In this document: positions 59,353 through 64,000 of the stretch, piece by piece | How the letters are laid out: each line of letters opens with the position of its first letter | Numbering within the stretch: position 1 is the stretch's first letter | Assembly: GCA_020137815.1 (NCBI GenBank) | Contig: CM035361.1 | Location: 1-64,000 of the forward strand | From: Hormiphora californensis | Lineage: Eukaryota > Animalia > Ctenophora | Reading direction: 5' to 3' | Length of the DNA: 64,000 nucleotides | Program-made: the position numbers and the translations under genes | Notes under the pieces: model-generated | Databases searched by the model: none | Seen by the model: only the letters and a program-made list of their open reading frames with translations | Told to the model about the DNA's origin: nothing

Positions 59353-61904
59353 GATACTCACTGGGATGATCTGATAGTCACTGGGGTGATCTGATCATGG
59401 GTGGGGTGATCTGATCCTCTATGGGGGACCACATACAGCACTGTACTGAAATTCGCACCGCCGTATGTGGTGCCTCTAACTTCAGTTCTCACTAGCACAT
59501 ACAACACTTTCGGTGCAAACTCCAGTACGCACTGCCGTATGTGGTGCCTCTTACTGATAAATATCGGTGGGACTATCAGTACACAATCTCACGTGAGCTT
59601 AGCTCAGAAAAGATCAGTACGGTGCTGTATGTGCTCTTCGTACTGAACTGAAAGGTCACGTGGGGGTCACGTGCGCGCACTAGCCAATGACAGACCTGCA
59701 TCGCACAATACACACACACACCCACACCACAGCAACCAATAAGAGGCGCACGCACTCTCACTACGACAGAAAGGGCCACACCTAGAACAAGGGCGAGATT
59801 ATCCGACATATCGAGAAAATATGTGCTGTAATCGGGAAAGATAAGAGAGAGATAAGTGGAGATAAACATAACAAGAGAGAGAAAAGGAGGTAGAGAGAGT
59901 TCGGTATTAGTGAGAGGAAGATATTTCACAAAAAATTACGTGTTTTTAGCTTGTTTTGAAGGTTTTTATTGATTTTTCAGTAAGAGGCACCACATACACT
60001 CACTGTACTGAAGTTTCCACCGACAGTATGTGGTGCGACGTTCTGGAGTTCGCACCAGTGCTGTATGTGGTCCCCCTATGGGATGATCTGATCTTGGGTG
60101 GGGGATCTGATCCTCAGTGGGGTGATCTGATCATGCATGTGGGGTGATGTGATCTGAACTCACCCCAGCTCTTATCATGCTACTTGTTACGTGATCTGAT
60201 CTTGATGACGACGATTTAGGGACCACCAAACATGCATGGGTGGGATCAAGTTTCGGGTGTTTTTGCATTATATAGTAAGATTATTATCCCCCTCTCTGTT
60301 CGCTATGTCTCTCTTTCTTTCTCGTTCTTTCTCTTTCCTTTTCTATGACGGGAGAAAGAGAGACATGGAGAAAGAGAGATACCCTTAACTTTTTACCGAG
60401 AGTCGAGATAGAAAGACTGTTGAGCTCCTCCGTGGAAATTGGTTTCGCCGCTTTCCCATCAGGTATATGTAGGCAGCTCTCGGTCGGTGGCTAAACATTG
60501 TCTTTTCTCTCTCGGTAAAAAGAGCCGCCTACATCTACAATTCCTACGTGCTTTCCTAGCAGTCAAAAAGTTAAGGGTATCTCTCTTTCTCCCTCTGAGA
60601 AAGTAAGAGAAATTGAAAGAGAGCAGAGCGAACAGAGAGGGGGATAGGATCTAGGGATGGAAAGTGATAGAAACCTTCACCGAATCGTGTCTCATATCGT
60701 CGAACACTCCTGATTGGCTTCCCCGAATCATGTTCCATATCTCGTATCGTCTCACACCGCTTATAAGCTTCCCTGAATTACATTCACATGCTTAGTACTC
60801 AGACCTGCCCTAAATTCAGACCTGCCCTAAATTGACCTGCCCTAAATTCAGACCTGCCCTAAATTGACCTGCCCTAAATTCTGTCGAAGTTCTACCGACC
60901 TGCCGAGTCCGCTTACCGCCTACATCTACCTGCTAGGAAAGCGACGAAACCTATTTCGACGGAGCTCAACTGTCTTTTCTCATTCGAAAGAAAGAGAGAC
61001 AGACAGAGAGACACAGCGATGTGGATAGGGTCATAGGGATGGAAAGCGATAGAAACCTTCCCCGAATCAATGGTAATGTATTAATTGCACTGAACTGCTG
61101 TAGACATCACCCACCTCATATAGCAGTACGGCAAATAATATCTTTGTATCAGAATTCTCAGAATGAACAGTTGGGCTATAGCAGTTGATCACGTCATATT
61201 AATTGTCTTCCCCGAATCGTGTCTCATATCGTCTAACACTCTTGATTGGCTTCCCTGAATCATGTTCCATATCTCGTATCGTCTCCTACTGCTAATAAGC
61301 TTCCCCGAATCACATGGTTCATATCCCGTATTGTCTCCCACTGCTAATAAGGCGTTCCAGAATCGTATCACATGTCCATCCCCCTCATTAGCATTTGAAA
61401 TACATATATATTTGAAATACATATATATTTCAGTTGAAATAGACATGTGTATTTGAAATACATATGTATTTGAAATACATATATATTTCGGTGTCGAGAT
61501 TCTTCCGACCTGCCCTTTTTTCACTTCACTTTTTTTCACTTCACTTTTTTTGACTACACTTTTTTTCACTTCGCTTTTTTTTCACTTCACTTTGTTTTCA
61601 CTTCACTTGTTTCACTTCACTTTGTTTTCACTTCACTTTCTTCGGGCTGCACGGATCATGAACAGAAACCATATTACGGGGCTGTGTGTAACACGAGCAT
61701 TCATCCACACATTCACACTAATTAGCAATAGACATGGAGAGAGATCAAGTGATGTCTCGTTTGGGGACAAAAAACGCCCTCGGGAAAAAAAATGCCTGCA
61801 TGCGGGCATTATTTTTTGGGGACAAAAGTGGGGACAATTGTCCCCAACGTGGGGACAATTGTCCCCAAAACCATGAAAAATGTCCCCATGGAACAGGGGG
61901 GTTA

Positions 61905-62428
61905 GTAACGGGCGGCCACGCCGCGCCTGGCCATGAGCTGGTTTCCACATAAGTAGTTCATGTCCCACTAGGTCATCGTGTCTAGCAAGGTGCCCTGCCA
62001 TTCTCAGTCTCTGGCTTCTAATCTTCTCAGTTACACGAGGAATATCTTGGAAAACCACGGCATTTGACACTCTGTCCGCGCACCTGATGTTCAGTGCTGC
62101 CCTCAACATCCTCGAGTAACACCCATCAATCTTCTTGCCTAGGCTCTTGGTTATAGTCCACGTTTCAGATCCGTAGAGAAAGATAGTCTCGACAGTGGAT
62201 CTGAATAACCTCACCTTCATCTTCCTAGACATCTTAGACTTCCAGACTCTGTTCATCCTATTAAGGGCACTCCATGCCTTAGCCTTCCTAACTTCGAAAT
62301 CTTTCACACTGTTTGCAATCCATGATCCCAGGTATACAAAGTCATCCACTTCATCCAGCAACTGTCCATCAGATGCTCTGATACCGTTGTGATCTGGACC
62401 AATGCTGTTAGCCATGTACTTCGTCTTA
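61905..62428 (-). pseudogene. RTE-clade LINE ORF2 C-terminal fragment
   Basis: KTKYM..VDDFVYLGS, LYGSETWT, RMLRAALNI, RLRMAGHLAR, RRGRP. Confidence 0.85.
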
Positions 62429-63321
62429 TAGTCTAATATAGTCTAATATTATATATAGTCTAATATTATATTAATAATACGGATTTAATGGGTGAATTTG
62501 GAGCAAGTAAATAATAAATTACTGCAAATTCGCCGGTTGCTAGGGTAACAAACTCCGTTGCTATAGCAACCCCAGGGAATTGCATTGAGTGGGAATCAAC
62601 CACGAACATGATTTATTAGACTGGATCCCCATAATAGAAATTTCAGGCCTTGTATAGACTAGCAAACACGACATGCAGTTCACACACTGAATATGGTGTG
62701 TCGCGGTCACGTGATTGAATGCGCGCATTGTGATTGATGTAGAAGCCACTAGTCCAAATTGCCTCGTGTCTCGCGATCGAAATTGTTCCGACTTACCTTT
62801 ATTAACAAGGTTAATTAGCTATCTAAAAGTTATGCTTTCGGTGTAAATTTGTTGAGGCTCTAGATAAAGGTTCAGTTGCACAAATTGAGTAGCTAACTAA
62901 TTGATTAAGTAAATAAATGGCTCTTGAAATACCAGTTGAATGCCAAAAGTGGTCCAAATTACCCCGGTATACCCTAATGAAAATGTGTGTAAACACACAG
63001 TTCTGTCAACAAAAGAGAAGGGAAACATGTTTGCAACCCTAATCAATGTTATCTCTCTCATAAAGAGTCAAAAGAATCGCATTCCTATCTTTTCTCTCTC
63101 CCGTTACATTGTCTCTCTTACTGTTGATATCTCTCACTGTGTGTATTGGCCCTAATCTGTTGATGGGATCCCATTAATGGGATGCCATTCAGTTAAGGTT
63201 CCCCTAAGGGGGAAACTCTAACTGAATGGCATCCCCATTGACAGGGCTCATGCCTCATCAAGATTACCCATTCTTTTTCCATTGTATGTAACTCGTATGA
63301 CGTTTGTATTTGCAACTGTAA

Positions 63322-63925
63322 GGCTATAAGCATACTGATCGTGATGATCATAATCAGTTAAAAAGATGAAGTGTGCTCATGGTTTTGATCATCATCATCT
63401 GCAAAAAACTACAGTGTGCGGAACATTATGATCATCACGTAAGAGCTGGCCCTGGAGCCGTCTCTTAAGTTGGATGATGATCATCAACACCTAGTGTGCG
63501 CAGGTTTTGATCTTATTCTTGTGGAGGGCTGCACTGTAGTCATGTGATATGTACCACGTGGTACGACTTCGCGCGCGCGAGAGGCTGTTGTACAGGTCAC
63601 GTGATATGCAACAGCCTCTCAGAGCGCGCGACTAGGCAAGGGGGAGCTCCCGGGAGATAGCATCATCATGCTGAGCACACTGGTCATGATGATCATGATC
63701 AAAAGGCAAGTTCCAGCAAGTTGAGCATGGTTTATGATGATCAAACGTGAGCACACTATGGTTCATGATGATCAAACGTGAACACACTATGGTTTGAGAA
63801 CATCATGATGCATCAAGCCTCCATCATGATGATAACCATCAGTGTGTGCGCTCCTTTGATGGTGACCATCAAAACGTCCGCACACTGACCTGATTATGAT
63901 CATCACGATCAGTATGCTTATAGCC
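63322..63925. mobile_element. Harbinger-type MITE with TGATCA/ATGATG sub-repeats
   Basis: TAA|ggctataagcatactgatcg ... cgatcagtatgcttatagcc|TAA. Confidence 0.8.
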
Positions 63926-63928
63926 TAA

Positions 63929-64000
63929 GGGGAAACTCTAACTGAATGGCATCCCATTAATGGGATCCCATCAACAGTAAAACTCTAACTGATAATGGAC
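63929..64000. mobile_element. Left end of a GGGGAAACTC-family MITE (runs off the window)
   Basis: TAA|ggggaaactctaactgaatgg. Confidence 0.85.

Larger units (their letters stand above)
57131..60917. mobile_element. GGCGGACTCT-family MITE (10-bp TSD gcctacatct) containing GGCAGGTCGGTAGAAC element 57341-60904 (8-bp TSD gagtccgc) and further nested elements
   Basis: TIR/TSD pairs at each nesting level. Confidence 0.8.

Noticed and set aside
1-64000. Species or phylum assignment
   Set aside because: Gene and transposon content suggest an invertebrate animal, but nothing diagnostic can be verified without a search

Overview
Eukaryotic (animal-like) genomic DNA, almost entirely transposon-derived. 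One host gene runs on the + strand: ten phase-compatible GT-AG exons (717-54182, 1362 coding nt over about 53 kb). They encode a matrix-metalloproteinase-like protein: catalytic domain, EGF, two sushi/CCP modules and hemopexin repeats. Its zinc motif reads HLIGHALGLGH, so the catalytic Glu is missing; the 5' and last exons were not located. The large introns are built from nested non-autonomous foldback/MITE DNA transposons (piggyBac-, MULE-, Harbinger-, Tc1/pogo-, Kolobok- and Academ-like), Helentron-type HINEs, a tRNA-derived SINE, a disrupted LINE and a near-intact Ty3/Gypsy LTR retrotransposon (38882-48235). The Gypsy is the most unusual object. Between RNase H and integrase its Pol carries an extra domain resembling a circularly permuted adenain/Ulp1-type cysteine protease. 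Its 3' UTR has six invariant-stem, variable-loop hairpins. Its two LTRs differ, by eye, only in a short U5 patch, which in the 5' LTR is exactly complementary to the insertion-site flank. All domain and superfamily calls come from motif recognition by eye; no database searches were run.
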